63,194 bases of DNA, filler included, from Octopus bimaculoides (GCF_001194135.2; 7 parts of 6 records of this genome joined end to end with filler, not necessarily neighbours in it); one strand, 5' to 3'; numbered from the whole stretch's first letter, positions 1-12,437 are shown. Numbers and translations: made by a program. Notes: generated by a model not told the origin, from the letters alone.

Positions 1-204
1 CGAAGCGCCTCCCCCTTTGGGAGTTCTACTTATTTATTTATCTATATATTTATCTATTTATTTATTATATCTTTCTCAGTTTTCTTCCTCTGTTTAGACG
101 AACTTCCCTACCTTTTCGGACAAAACCTTTTGTAACCTACGTCCTGTCTTTGTCCTTATATGTTTTTAATTGATATTAGCCCTTGTGGCCAATAAAAGGA
201 ATTA

Positions 205-253
<49 letters not shown>
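205..253. repeat. (TTA)n microsatellite
   Basis: Direct: uninterrupted attattatt run. Confidence 0.95.
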
Positions 254-255
<2 letters not shown>

Positions 256-1620
256 ACATTGAAAAATACCTTAGGAATGAAAACCCAGGTTCGAAATTTC
301 CCCAAGAGACCTGATAAAAGCTGGGGTGTATATTAGTAGAAACGTTGTGATAACAACAAAGAAGATGAGGACAAACGTAAGAAATGTAAATAATGGAATA
401 TTGAAGTTTACAAATCTGAAGACACATTATATATTCTAAATGTTTATTCATGCTTATTAGAAATTTCAATCCTGTTTTGTTTTTCACAAACGACGGATCT
501 TCGTCGTGTTTCTTTTGGAATAGTTCTTGTTGACAAATTTCTTAGTATGTTTCATCAGATTTATCATGTCGGGTTGTGAGTTGGTGTAAATTTGAGTACA
601 TATTCCAGGAGTTTTTTTCCGTTTTCTACGAGGTTACGCTGTAAGAAATTGATTACTTTCAGGTAACTTCCTCCAAAACATTCTTGATTCTATGTATCAC
701 TAGTGCTTTCATGTTGTTTAACTGGAACTCTCGTTCCCCCAAAAAGGTCTCCTGTTTTAAATCATTAGTACTTTGTTTTTCAGTAATCCTGTTGCATTAG
801 AATGGATTTATCCGGTTGTTATATCATTTGGCTTAGTATATTGGTATGTTTCTTTAATATTTCTTTGTTTTAAAGAATGATTTGTTATATTTTGAAGTGT
901 TGGTTCGTTTGATGATATTCTTTCGTTTATTTTCCTAATGTTATTGTTTGTGACTCGTTTGTTGTGGTTGGCCTACTTTAAGTGTGGAAAAATAGGATTT
1001 GTCGCCCTCTGATTAGTTTTAGATTTAGATTTTAAATTATTCCGGAAGAAGTTGCTTTTTTCTGTTGTTCCTTTTGAATTTTGTCGTTTCCCAAATACGT
1101 GTTTTATCATTAATTTTCATTAATTCTGATCTATAATTGCGTTCAAATTTCTGTGACCATTGCGTTCCTTATTTTAGCACTTTATTTGATTTCGGTTTTT
1201 TGGGTTTCTGCATTTTCCCACATAAACCTACTAGTGTTTCACATACTTTTCCGTTTGTTCCTTCGGGTATTTCTTTCTACATTATGGTGTCACATTTTGC
1301 AAATTTCTCTTTAAGGCAAGCTGTGCGAAGTGTTTGTATGTTAATCTCCACTTCGATGTTTTGAAGTCCGAGATTTATTCAGATTTTCCTTTTCCTCATT
1401 GGATTCAAAACTGATAGCCATGAGACGGAATTTACATGTGAAACTAAGTGGTTCTCGGTTTATTCATTTTATGTATGTGTTTGTAACAATTTCATTAATA
1501 ATTCCCTTCCAGTATGTTTGCTTTCTTTCATTCGGTACACTTTTTCATATCTGGTTCCTTTTCTGGAAGGCTTCATTTTCCAAATACATTTCATTTCATT
1601 CTTTAAATAAAATATCCTGA
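256..1620. mobile_element. Decayed Penelope-like element remnant (pLTR-like segment plus stop-riddled minus-strand ORF)
   Basis: CTGA..-stem-GAAACGTT hammerhead-type motif at 306-350, typical of PLE pLTRs. The minus strand of 1140-1400 reads as long Lys-rich coding sequence broken by stops (NLGLQNIEVEINIQTLRTACLKEKFAKCDTIM*KEIPEG...). Family assignment is inference. Confidence 0.45.
306..350 (+). ncRNA. Degenerate minimal type-I hammerhead ribozyme motif
   Basis: gagac-CTGATAA-aagctgg..tagta-GAAAC-GTT-gtgat matches the CUGAUGA...GAAAC-GUH layout with palindromic AACGTT stem III. Core G8 is mutated to A and stems I and II are decayed. Confidence 0.45.
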
Positions 1621-1650
1621 GTGTAGGTAAGTTCTGTTGTTGGTCTAACG

Positions 1651-1980
1651 CAAAGGTTCTCAAAGTGGGCGCTACCGCTCTACCCTCAGTGGGTGTTGAG
1701 AGGGTCCAGGTGGCTGCTGGTGTCTAAGGGGGTAGGGTGGGGTGAGAGAAAAAGGAGGCACTGGGAGGAAGGCAGTGGATTTAGTCGCACTATGTATTTA
1801 TATTATTATCATAATATTGTATATAAATTATATAATGTTATATTGAATATCAAATGACTCATAGTATATATAAATGAGTAAAATATACAATATTTATCTA
1901 TACATAAAAATATGGTGGGGTGATGAGGGTATTATGTGGCCATGAGGGGGGCGGTGGCCCAAAAAGTACCAGAACCTCTG
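1651..1980. mobile_element. hAT (Charlie-like) MITE
   Basis: Ends caaaggttct / agaacctctg are inverted repeats. Flanking 8-mers gtctaacg and gtgtaaca match 6/8 (decayed 8-bp TSD). Confidence 0.7.
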
Positions 1981-2265
1981 GTGTAACAGAAGTCGCAACT
2001 GTATTGTTTGTAGTGCGTCTTAATGTCAACAAAGTTTCTACAAAATTGTAGATATTAATTTCAAAACAAAACCTCTCATCTACTGCATCACATATTCACA
2101 ATGCAATGAAGATACATTGGAGAAACAGGCACAAAATTCACCTATCGTATTAACGTGTTCTGTCATTGTATATACAAAATTATTCCACAAATGTTAGCGA
2201 CATTCTCGTAAATAAAAGACTTTTTTAAATACCTAAAAACTTTTAAAATCTTATTCTAAAATGAA

Positions 2266-2410
2266 GATCGTACTGAAAATCAAGATCGAGCGAGCTTTTG
2301 CCCTTTTGCTCGACGTGTGGTTTCCGTCCACGATTAGCTCTTCTTGGGACACCTGCGTTACCGTTTGACAGACGTACCGCCGCAGTCAAATTCCCCGACC
2401 AACACTGTTC
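2266..2410 (-). pseudogene. Isolated 28S (LSU) rRNA fragment, domain V region
   Basis: Minus strand reads GGGGAATTTGACTGCGGCGGTACGTCTGTCAAACGGTAACGCAGGTGTCC...GAGCAAAAGGGCAAAAGCTCGCTCGATCTTGATTTTCAGTACG, recognisable conserved eukaryotic LSU sequence. About 145 nt only, with no flanking rDNA. Confidence 0.9.
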
Positions 2411-5400
2411 ACGACTAAGGGTCGCGCATCGGCTGTGTAATATTCCAGCGCAAGCAAGAATCAATAAAGATAGATTTTTTTTCTTTTTAGTACAAGCCAC
2501 TGTTGGAAAGGTTATAAAAAATGTTCAATGGTACACAATTCTCTGCTTACATTGAATTAACTATTGCAGACGATCTACTTGGGATCGTTGTTACGAAAGC
2601 CAAAATTCATGTAGCAGCTATCATCTACTTTATTTATTCCACGCCTCGTTGTCTTACTTACCTCACAGCTTAATTATTGTAGAATATCTTCTTGAGTATT
2701 TTGGAGGAACCCAACAGAGTGACATCCAACATTTGAATGAAAAGAATGCTGAATTTTGTTCTGATTCTTTTATATTTAATGTTACTACCCATAACCAAAT
2801 AAATCATATATCAATGCCATTGATATCTATCTAATGTTACTGCCGACCCAAGTGAAAAATATCTAATCAAGCATACCCATCCAACTTGCTATTATGACCG
2901 GATTCCTGAAAACAGTGGTAAAGCATCTCCAACATTTTGTTCCAGGCAAACCTCACCTTAATTGGTGTGATTACGCAATACAGATCTAGAAAGAATGTGC
3001 GACCTTGCAGCTACACACAACTTGGGTGTATGCAAAGGTAATTGTAAGAGCCGTTATGCAAATCCCTAGTCTTCTTTCAGAAACAGTGATAAAAATAAAG
3101 CTATTAAGTTTCTTAGCCATGTATGCGATCGGAAGACCAACTGCGCACCACATACAATCTTGAAGAAAATCGTGGAAAAATATACACCATATATAAATGA
3201 ATCAGAGTGATGTAAGTTATATGCATTATTCATATCTGTTTTAAAATTTTAGCCTTTAATTTTCTATGTATTTTTATTTTCGTTTTTCTCTTACTTTGAA
3301 ATTACTGCATTCAATTATGTAGTGATTTACGAACATACCGTAATTACCCCTCTGAAATTATCGCACAAATCATGAATTTTAAATTATAAATTTCTTTGCT
3401 TTGTTCCTATATTCAGTGATATTTTACTTTAAGTGATGTTTCCTATTTTAGCAGCCGCCTTGAAAATATTAAGAATAAGTTCTCTTATATTTATCTAATT
3501 TACACCCCATTAAATTTAATTCCTTTAAATCCCATTTATTAATCATTGCTTTCCACTTTTTAGATTCTTAATTTTTTCAAATATGCACAATGTATTCAGT
3601 AGCCCATATTGCATATGTGTTTGGAATGCATATAAGAATTATGTTAACCATATTGAATATATTAAAACAGAAAATATAAAATGCATTCAGTATTACAATT
3701 TAATACTAGTCGATTTTGCAAGTAAATACGTTTATTCATTGATCAATATATACTCACATTCATGTACGACTATAATATTTAATTATTTAACGTAAATGGC
3801 AAGTGCCTTTTTTTTTCTTTATATATCTTTATTACATTTACTGCCTGTTTCACCCCGGGTTTCGTTTAAGCGCTATGATAAATTAGATAAAATATTTGAA
3901 TTAATTTTTTTATATTTAGGTTTTGATACTTCTCATTCTATTAATGTTGATATAATAGTCATTGCTAAATATATTATAATTTGTTTGTTGTTGTACTTAC
4001 ATCTCTCTCCCTCACATCATTCTTCATTTAAGGAATATATTTAACAATATTTTTATACTTTCACTTACTTCACTTTTTACACTTTCTTAAACTTACTCTT
4101 TCTGTCTTTGGTACGTTACCTCTAGTTTACCTTATTTCACATTGTAAATAACATTCAGAATTTAAGAACTCTCATTAGTTTCGTAAATCTCACGCATTTA
4201 TGCATCATTGTCGGTTCACTTCGTTCTTCTTTACATACAATTACTAATATTTCATGGTTGTTCAACCTTAAAAGCTTCGTATTTTACATCCCTGTCGTTT
4301 GTTTTTCATATGAATCTCGTTCGTCTATATTGTTTCTTTCCTTTCCACTGGTATATATTCTGAAGGAAACTCGTTGTAAAAATACAGATAGACAAATTAC
4401 CAAGAATGTTTTGGGAATTTTCCCATTTTTTGTTTGTGACTTCAGCAAAGTATGTTTTCGCTAATATCACTATCGAACCCAAAATTGTACTGATATTTAT
4501 TCTACCGAAAAGCATTTTATTGACAATGTTGTAATATTAAAATATACTTTACTGAAACTGTAATATGTATGGAAATTCTTATATATAAATATATGTGGAC
4601 ATGCGAGCGGATATATTGCAACGATATAGAAATGAGCACAGTAGACATGAGGTCTGATTCATGTGGAAGGTGTTACAAATTATTTCCAGCTTTTGCTTGC
4701 CCGTCTATCCGTCTATGTATGTATGTGTCTATCTCTCTATGTATCTATATATGTATGTATATATATATATATATATATNNNNNNNNNNNNNNNNNNNNNN
4801 NNNNNNNNNNNNNNNNNNNNNNNNNNNNNNNNNNNNNNNNNNNNNNNNNNNNNNNNNNNNNNNNNNNNNNNNNNNNNNNNNNNNNNNNNNNNNNNNNNNN
4901 NNNNNNNNNNNNNNNNNNNNNNNNNNNNNNNNNNNNNNNNNNNNNNNNNNNNNNNNNNNNNNNNNNNNNNNNNNNNNNNNNNNNNNNNNNNNNNNNNNNN
5001 NNNNNNNNNNNNNNNNNNNNNNNNNNNNNNNNNNNNNNNNNNNNNNNNNNNNNNNNNNNNNNNNNNNNNNNNNNNNNNNNNNNNNNNNNNNNNNNNNNNN
5101 NNNNNNNNNNNNNNNNNNNNNNNNNNNNNNNNNNNNNNNNNNNNNNNNNNNNNNNNNNNNNNNNNNNNNNNNNNNNNNNNNNNNNNNNNNNNNNNNNNNN
5201 NNNNNNNNNNNNNNNNNNNNNNNNNNNNNNNNNNNNNNNNNNNNNNNNNNNNNNNNNNNNNNNNNNNNNNNNNNNNNNNNNNNNNNNNNNNNNNNNNNNN
5301 NNNNNNNNNNNNNNNNNNNNNNNNNNNNNNNNNNNNNNNNNNNNNNNNNNNNNNNNNNNNNNNNNNNNNNNNNNNNNNNNNNNNNNNNNNNNNNNNNNNN

Positions 5401-5655
5401 NNNNNNNNNNNNNNNNNNNNNNNNNNNNNNNNNNNNNNNNNNNNNNNNNNNNNNNNNNNNNNNNNNNNNNNNNNNNNNNNNNNNNNNNNNNNNNNNNNNN
5501 NNNNNNNNNNNNNNNNNNNNNNNNNNNNNNNNNNNNNNNNNNNNNNNNNNNNNNNNNNNNNNNNNNNNNNNNNNNNNNNNNNNNNNNNNNNNNNNNNNNN
5601 NNNNNNNNNNNNNNNNNNNNNNNNNNNNNNNNNNNNNNNNNNNNNNNNNNNNNNN

Positions 5656-5690
<35 letters not shown>

Positions 5691-6585
5691 TAGACACACA
5701 CACACATATTTTTCTGAGGGACAGGGCAACAACGTACGTAGAGTAGAATAATATAAAATTGCGTTTATCTTAGTTTAACCTTGTTTATCCTAATTAATCT
5801 GCAGACTTACATGCATACATACGTACAGTATAAACATGCATGCATACTTGCATTCATGCATACATACACGCATGCAATCACTCACACACATATATAATAC
5901 ATACGCACACACACATACATACATACATACACACATACATACATAAAGTAAGTGTGCGCAAGCGGATGGAATGAATTCCACGTAGTGTCAATAAGAGCTT
6001 AACAATGTGTTTTATACAGGGTGCAGAAAGTAAATACTAAGAAGCTGACGAATGCTATTCTTCTATGTGTGTGCAGGTGTTATGCAGCTAGCTCCTCTAG
6101 GACAACAGACGCTAACCTATATAGCGAAAGAAGATACCAAGAAAGAGAACCTCACTAATGGCTATGAATTGTTGGTTAAATCAAATATAATCAATTAAAT
6201 TTCATTTTTTAATGACTGAAGTATTTTTGGGTGCAATATCACATTCATTACCTGTGCACGGATTAATCACTATGATACTTGAGAATAAATAGTATTGTAG
6301 CTTTGTTTTTTGAAAACTGTGTATCGAGTTGTTTCGCTCCAGCTAAAATCCTATCGACTATCCATAAGATCAAACTTATTACTGTTGTAACAATACCTTT
6401 TTTGGACATCTTCCCTAGGCCTACAATATATATCTATTCATTTCTTGAATTAAGAATGTTAAATGATATTTTGTTACTCATATCAAATTGTCGAAAAGAT
6501 ATTGCATGATATAATTATTTGTTCTGTATGTACTCAGAGAAAGTACTTAGAAACTTAAAAACGAACCCTCCGTTTTAAATTGCAG

Positions 6586-6629
6586 GCATATATGTGTCTT
6601 AGATATACCACTTTTGCGTACACAAGATG
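6586..6629 (+). other. Candidate 44-nt exon, possibly a 5' exon of the membrane-protein gene
   Basis: Acceptor ccctccgttttaaattgcag and donor gtaagg. The phase2-to-phase1 frame reads HICVLDIPLLRTQD. Linkage to downstream exons is not demonstrated. Confidence 0.3.
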
Positions 6630-7926
6630 GTAAGGGTTAATCACCTTTCCTTCCAAGTTTCATTGATCTCAGACTACTCATTAAATTCGCTACTACAACT
6701 ATAATAATAAAACAAAATCTTATGTACCCTTTGATGAAACTGCATTTTCTGATCCTATCATCATCGATGTGACCTTAGCAACACCCGTAGTGAGAACACG
6801 GAGCAGCTAATTAATTCGCAACTGATCGAAATTATGTTGCTAAAACCTGGTCAATAATAAACCAGTCCTCCTCAGTTTCTTGCAGTTCTGGAGCATAAAG
6901 TATTCAAGTAGCTCACAGGAAATTAATAGCTTCAACGATAACTTATTTTGCTTCAGAGAGATTGAGAGAGTAAAATATTAATTTAAGTATATAGTTATCT
7001 GTATAAAATATCAATTTAAAAATTTTGTTAACTGTATATTCAAGCCAATGACATCAGAGATCGTTCGAAAATATAAGAGAATATAAGAACCTGAAGAAGT
7101 GCATATGTTTATACGGGTATTACACTATGCGTGTGTGTGTTTGTTCGTGCGTGTATGTGTTTGTGAGTGCGTGTGTGTATGTATGTGTATGTGTGCGTGT
7201 GTATTCGTACATGCACATGCGTATATGATAGCTCGTACTTCAAATTTTACGAAGACATGGTAATTGATATTAAATAATTAGATAAAAATGAAAGAAAAAA
7301 TAGAAAACAGTTGGAGATGTTCAAAGTCATCTGCTAATGACGATCAATGAAGACTATAACTTTACGTCCTCAACGCTTAAATATATAAAGCATTCATGCA
7401 TACGCCGGTGAATCATAACTGCATTAGCTTATACTACTGTTTCTGTAAGCTACGGAAGAACTGATATCTCCTTTTGGCAAGTGAGTGATCCACGCACTCG
7501 CGCCATTAAATATCTAACGTCTATATCTCATAACAAGTTAAAGTCACCGGTTATCATAGAAAACTATATATGAATGTGCGGAATTTCAGCAAGTGATACA
7601 GTCACATCTGCAACATTGAAAGTTGTTTTTGACTAAATTACACCTTCCATGCTCCAGAATCTAAAGGAAACATGACATTCCAATGTTGTTGGGTTAAGGA
7701 TTACTCCAAGAACCGCAAAAGGAGAAAAAGCGGAGCACATATCCGTATAACTCACTCCTTCTCACACAACAAGCCTATTGGAAAAATTAAAGTCAAGAAA
7801 ATTAAATACTTATGAAAATATAGGAGATTGAGAAAGAAGCTGAAGATATCTCCTTAACACGCAACACCACCTAACCTATATGATGTATTATACTGTTGCG
7901 TGAAGGTAAGATCAAAACAAAAAGAG

Positions 7927-8834
7927 TACTCCGACTGATCAATACGTATCAGAACTGTTGATATAGTGACGAAGCAGAGTAACACATGCAAAGTAACGCC
8001 GCTAAGTCAAGATTGACCTTGGCCTCTGCTGTGCATGCACACAAAGATTTAATGGTCTAGCTTACTTCCACTGTTTACAGCAATGCTTGAAAGGAAGGTG
8101 TGTAGCGTGTGATCGTCGCATTGAACATGACAGAAAACGTTGTCATGCCGATACTTGCTTAGAGGCCTGCGCAGTATTACAGAAAGTGTATCGAGAGGAA
8201 TGAATGAGCCGCACACAAGTGTACGATTGGTTCAGACGTTTCCAAGACGGCTAACAGAATGTCGATATTAACGAACGTTCTGCAAGGCCCGCAACCAGCA
8301 CAACAGAGAAAAACATCGCAGATGTACGTGCAGCTGTGAGCAGAAATCGTCGAACCAACATTCATGAGATATCAGAGGATATGCAGAGTAGTTACGCTTC
8401 ATTTCAGTCCATTATCAATGAAGATGTTGGTATGAGATGCGTGTGTGTCAAGTTTGTGCCAAAACTGCTTTCAGCTGACCGAGAAAGGCACTCGAGTTTT
8501 AGTTATACAATATCTCTAGTTATACAATATCTCTAGAATGATGAAAACCTTTTGAAAACTTCGCTATGCTTTTGGGCAGGTATCACGAAGCTTTTGTCAA
8601 AATTTGATGAAGATTTCCTGCTCAACTACCTCTGTCTTCGTCAATGCGACGATCACACGCTACATACGTTCCTTCCAAGCACTGCTGTAAACAGCGGAAG
8701 TGGGCAGCAACGTTAAATTTTAGTGCGCACGCACAGCAGAGTTCAAAGTCATTCTATGCCAAGAGGTTTTACTGTTTGTGCTTTAGCTTCGTTACTATAG
8801 GAATAGTCCGTATACTTATTGATCAGATCACGTA
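7927..8834 (+). mobile_element. Mariner derivative with two inverted 5' ends
   Basis: 8204-8490 translates MSRTQVYDWFRRFQDG*QNVDINERSARPATS...VKFVPKLL (mariner HTH and WVPxxL-like motif). About 8640-8834 is an inverted copy of about 7927-8125. Confidence 0.8.
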
Positions 8835-9019
8835 TTATTTAACACAGTATACATACTTATGAGCTACTAATGGTTTAATGCTAGGAAAATGACTAACATA
8901 TCAGGTGCCTAAGGATTACGTGGGCACAATAGATGTGTTATAAAAGATATCTCAATTTCATCCCATATAAATTAGTAGTTCATAAAAATATATAAAATGT
9001 GTTTATTAATACTTACATA

Positions 9020-9274
9020 GGCGCAGGTGTGCTTCAGTCCTACAGCATATATATGTTTTTCTGTGTCTGTGTTTGTCCCACTACCGTTGCTCGACAACCA
9101 ATTTTGGTGTGTTTATGCCCCCGAAACATAGTGGTCAGGCAAAAGACAACGAGAAAATAAGTACTAGGCTTACAAAGAATAAGTCCTGTAGTCTATTTGT
9201 TCGACTAAAGGCGGTGCTCCAGAATGGTCGCTGTCAAATGACTGAAACAAATAACAGAATAAAAGAATAAAAGA
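9020..9274 (+). mobile_element. tRNA-derived SINE family A, internally deleted copy
   Basis: Shares ggcgcagg head and 3' body (aataagtactaggcttacaaagaataagtcc...gactgaaacaa) with the complete copies at 47187 and 54284. Confidence 0.8.
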
Positions 9275-9327
<53 letters not shown>

Positions 9328-9651
9328 NNNNNNNNNNNNNNNNNNNNNNNNNNNNNNNNNNNNNNNNNNNNTTAATTAATTAANNNNNNNNNNNNNNNNN
9401 NNNNNNNNNNNNNNNNNNNNNNNNNNNAACTAGTCAATAAACTATATATTATTCATATAAATATTTATATGGATAATATATATATATATATATATATAGA
9501 TGAGTATTTTTTCAATGTGTACAAATAACACGGAAAAAATAAACAAATAGTTACCAGGGTAGCAAAAATTTACATAAGTCCCAAGGATGTTACAGCCTAT
9601 TCATAAAGGGAGAAATTCCAGGGTTTAGTGAAATGTTTTTGTATGACATAG

Positions 9652-9730
9652 ATAAATTAAGAAATAGAGTTAAACGCAGGTGTTATTTAAATCTTTGAAT
9701 AACACCTGCGTTTAACTCCATTTCTTAATT

Positions 9731-9733
<3 letters not shown>
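9652..9733. repeat. Near-perfect palindrome (40-bp arms, 2-nt loop)
   Basis: ataaattaagaaatagagttaaacgcaggtgttatttaaa versus tttgaataacacctgcgtttaactccatttcttaatttat; 2 mismatches. Confidence 0.9.
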
Positions 9734-9765
<32 letters not shown>

Positions 9766-10076
9766 AATGGACTCCTCTGTCAAAGACGACAATATAAGTG
9801 TTCAGTTTTTGCTGAATGGCCTGCACACAAATGATTTGCTTATAGTGATCAAATGCATGTGCTGTATATTAGCCCAGTCCCTCCATCAAATCGATGTTGC
9901 CTGACCAGGTGCATGGTGTACCAGGCATCAAGTGTTGAAGTGTTTGCAGAGCAATGTGAAATGAAGTGTTTCGCTCAAGAACAGAATGCACCACCTGGTC
10001 TAGGAATTGAAACCATGATTGCTAGATTGTGAGTGCAACACCCTAACCATTAAGCCATATATACATATGTATATGC

Positions 10077-10287
10077 TTTTCTACTCTAGGCACAAGGCTT
10101 GAAATTTTGGGGGAGGGGGGCAGTCGATTAGATCGACCCTAGTACGCAACTGGTACTTGATTTATCAACCTCGAAAGGATTAAAGGCAAAGTCGACCTTG
10201 GCGGAATATGAACTCAGAACGTAAAGACAGACGAAATACCGCTAAGCATTTCGTCTGGCGTGCTAACGTTTCTGCCAGCTCGCCATC
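10077..10287 (-). mobile_element. tRNA-derived SINE family B (Meta-core-like), complete copy
   Basis: Minus strand has a tRNA-like head (gcgagctggcagaaacgttagc...gagttcatattccgcc) then gtcgactttgcctttaatcctttcgaggttgataaatcaagtaccag. Multiple copies in the window. Meta-core label is from memory. Confidence 0.8.
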
Positions 10288-10426
10288 TTATACATATGTA
10301 TATTGAGAACGAGAGAGAGAGAGAGAGACGCACACGTGCGTGTACACATTATATATGTGTATGTGTATGAAAATGAGGAGTGAACAAAGCTGCTGGATTC
10401 TGTGATGTAAACGACTTGATGATCTG

Positions 10427-11336
10427 TATGAGGTGGTATCAATAGGTTCCTGGAATTAGAGATGCTTAATGAAAAATAACTTATTTACCTAAGTTTTACC
10501 ATCATCTCCTTCGAAATAGTCACCTTGCACAGCAATACACTGGTTCCAGCATTCCTGCAACTTTTGGAATCTAGTCAGGAACTCGTTTTCTCAAAGTGTG
10601 TTGAAGACCTTCTGCGATTCACTCTGAGTCTTGACAATGGTGTCAAAACGGTGGCCTTTGAGCTGTGTTTTCATCTTGGAGGAAGAGGTGGAAGTCTGCA
10701 GGTGTCAAATCTGGTGAATAGGACAGGTGTGCAAGTGACACCATGTTGTTTTTGGTGAGAAACTCACAAGTGAGGAAGAGCTTGGTCAAGAATCCAATTC
10801 TTCACGCTCCACAGAATTGGTTGGTTTCACCGAATGTCCTCCCTCAAATGCTTCAAAGCATCAGAGTAGAACTCCTGATTGGCAGTCTGGCCCTGGGGGA
10901 CGAACTCTCAATGCACAATACCACATTTCTGTGGGTGACACTCGTGGCAAGTCTTCCAGATCGCTCATTCTTTCAGAGATGTTCTTCCTCTTTTGAAGCA
11001 CCTGTACCACTCAAGACATTGCATACGACCCATTGCGTTGTCGCCATGAGCTTGCCAAAGAATGTGCAGTGTCGCTGCAGCAGACTTCCCAAGTTTAATG
11101 CAAAATTTCATGTTGGCTGTTTGTTCCTCTCCAAGACAAAATTGCAGACTACAGCATACATCATCATGTGATCATAAAAAACACAAATTTCTCAAATTGC
11201 GAAGTAAACACAGTGATGTCACGCGGCACACTGCCTCATGAAGGTCATTCCTAGCTTTTACTGTGCATGCAACCTGTGCTGCCATCTGTTGGTGTGCTAC
11301 AAAATTAACCCAGGAACTTTGTGATATCACCTCGTA
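10427..11336 (-). mobile_element. Internally deleted mariner with both TIRs
   Basis: TIRs tatgaggtggtatcaataggttcctgg / ccaggaactttgtgatatcacctcgta with terminal TA. Minus strand carries YSPDLTPADFHLF and the transposase C-terminal remnant. Confidence 0.85.
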
Positions 11337-11377
11337 GCGCTAACTTCAGGAAAGAATTCAGGGAGAATTAAAACGTT

Positions 11378-11600
11378 GTGGAAGAGGAATGTGTACAGAT
11401 GGATAATGGTAGACTTGTACTGAACGATTTTGGAAAGGAAGAGACATGGAAATGTTTCTATGAAAGACTATTAAGCATGGAGAATGCATGGGAGAAAGAG
11501 AGCCTTCCAAATGTAAATCCAGTGACGGGACCAGCAATTTTAGTTGATGGCAGTATGAGAGAGAAGGCAATTAGAGAGGAAAAACTCCGGGTCCATCAGA
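11378..11600 (+). mobile_element. RTE LINE ORF fragment
   Basis: EECVQMDNGRLVLND..YERLLSMENAWEKESLPNV matches 44450-44600 of the long element. Confidence 0.85.
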
Positions 11601-11616
11601 CATTATCACAAAAATC

Positions 11617-12437
11617 ATCATCGTTTAACGTCCGCTTTCCATGCTAGCATGGGTTGGACGATTTGACTGAGGACTGGTGAAACCGGATGGCAACACCAGG
11701 CTCCAGTCTGATTTGGCAGAGTTTCTACAGCTGGATGCCCTTCCTAACGCCAACCACTCAGAGAGTGTAGTGGGTGCTTTTACGTGTCACCCGCACGAAA
11801 ACGGCCACGCTCGAAATGGTGTCTTTTATGTGCCACCCGCACAAGCCAGTCCAGGGGCACTGGCAACGATCTCGCTCGAAAATCCTACAGGAGCCAGTCA
11901 GGCGGTACTGGCAACNNNNNNNNNNNNNNNNNNNNNNNNNNNNNNNNNNNNNNNNNNNNNNNNNNNNNNNNNNNNNNNNNNNNNNNNNNNNNNNNNNNNN
12001 NNNNNNNNNNNNNNNNNNNNNNNNNNNNNNNNNNNNNNNNNNNNNNNNNNNNNNNNNNNNNNNNNNNNNNNNNNNNNNNNNNNNNNNNNNNNNNNNNNNN
12101 NNNNNNNNNNNNNNNNNNNNNNNNNNNNNNNNNNNNNNNNNNNNNNNNNNNNGACATTACACATCCAACGGAGCATACTGGCTTCATTCCTTGCGAGCTT
12201 ACGTATGTCCTCAGCAGTTACAGCCCATGTTTCACTGCCATGTAGCATGGTTGTTCGTACGCATGCATCATACAGTCTGCCTTTTACTCTGAGTGAGAGT
12301 CCCTTTGTCGCCAGCAGGGGTAAGAGCTCTCTAAACTTTGCCCAGGCTATTCTTATTTCTAGCAGCTACACTTTCAGCGCACCCACCCCCACTACTAACT
12401 TGGTCGCCCAGATAGCGGAAGCTATCGACTACCTCTA
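11617..12437 (-). mobile_element. 5'-truncated RTE LINE (ORF end, 3'UTR and (GAT)n tail; contains gap)
   Basis: MLHGSETWAVTAEDIRKLARNEASMLRWMCNV on minus strand; tail catcatcgtttaacgtccgctttccatgctagc. Confidence 0.9.

Noticed and set aside
2600-3170. Stretch with coding-like complexity after the rRNA fragment
   Set aside because: All frames tried contain stops and I recognise no motif; probably an old TE relic.
4569-5751. Long ORFs full of X (also at about 11.7-12.4, 15.8-16.4, 20.2-20.8, 42.8-43.0, 55.7-56.5 and 58.1-59.1 kb)
   Set aside because: They only span N gaps and flanking microsatellites.
7658-7905. Exon-like segment (ctccag ... gtaaga) reading ESKGNMTFQCCWVKD...DVLYCCVK
   Set aside because: Two in-frame stops and asymmetric phase; cannot be supported without RNA data.
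9372-9383. TTAATTAATTAA islands inside N runs (also 21966, 46973, 54070, 57230, 59734)
   Set aside because: Identical 12-mer with stops in all six frames, centred in gaps: an assembly linker, not biology.
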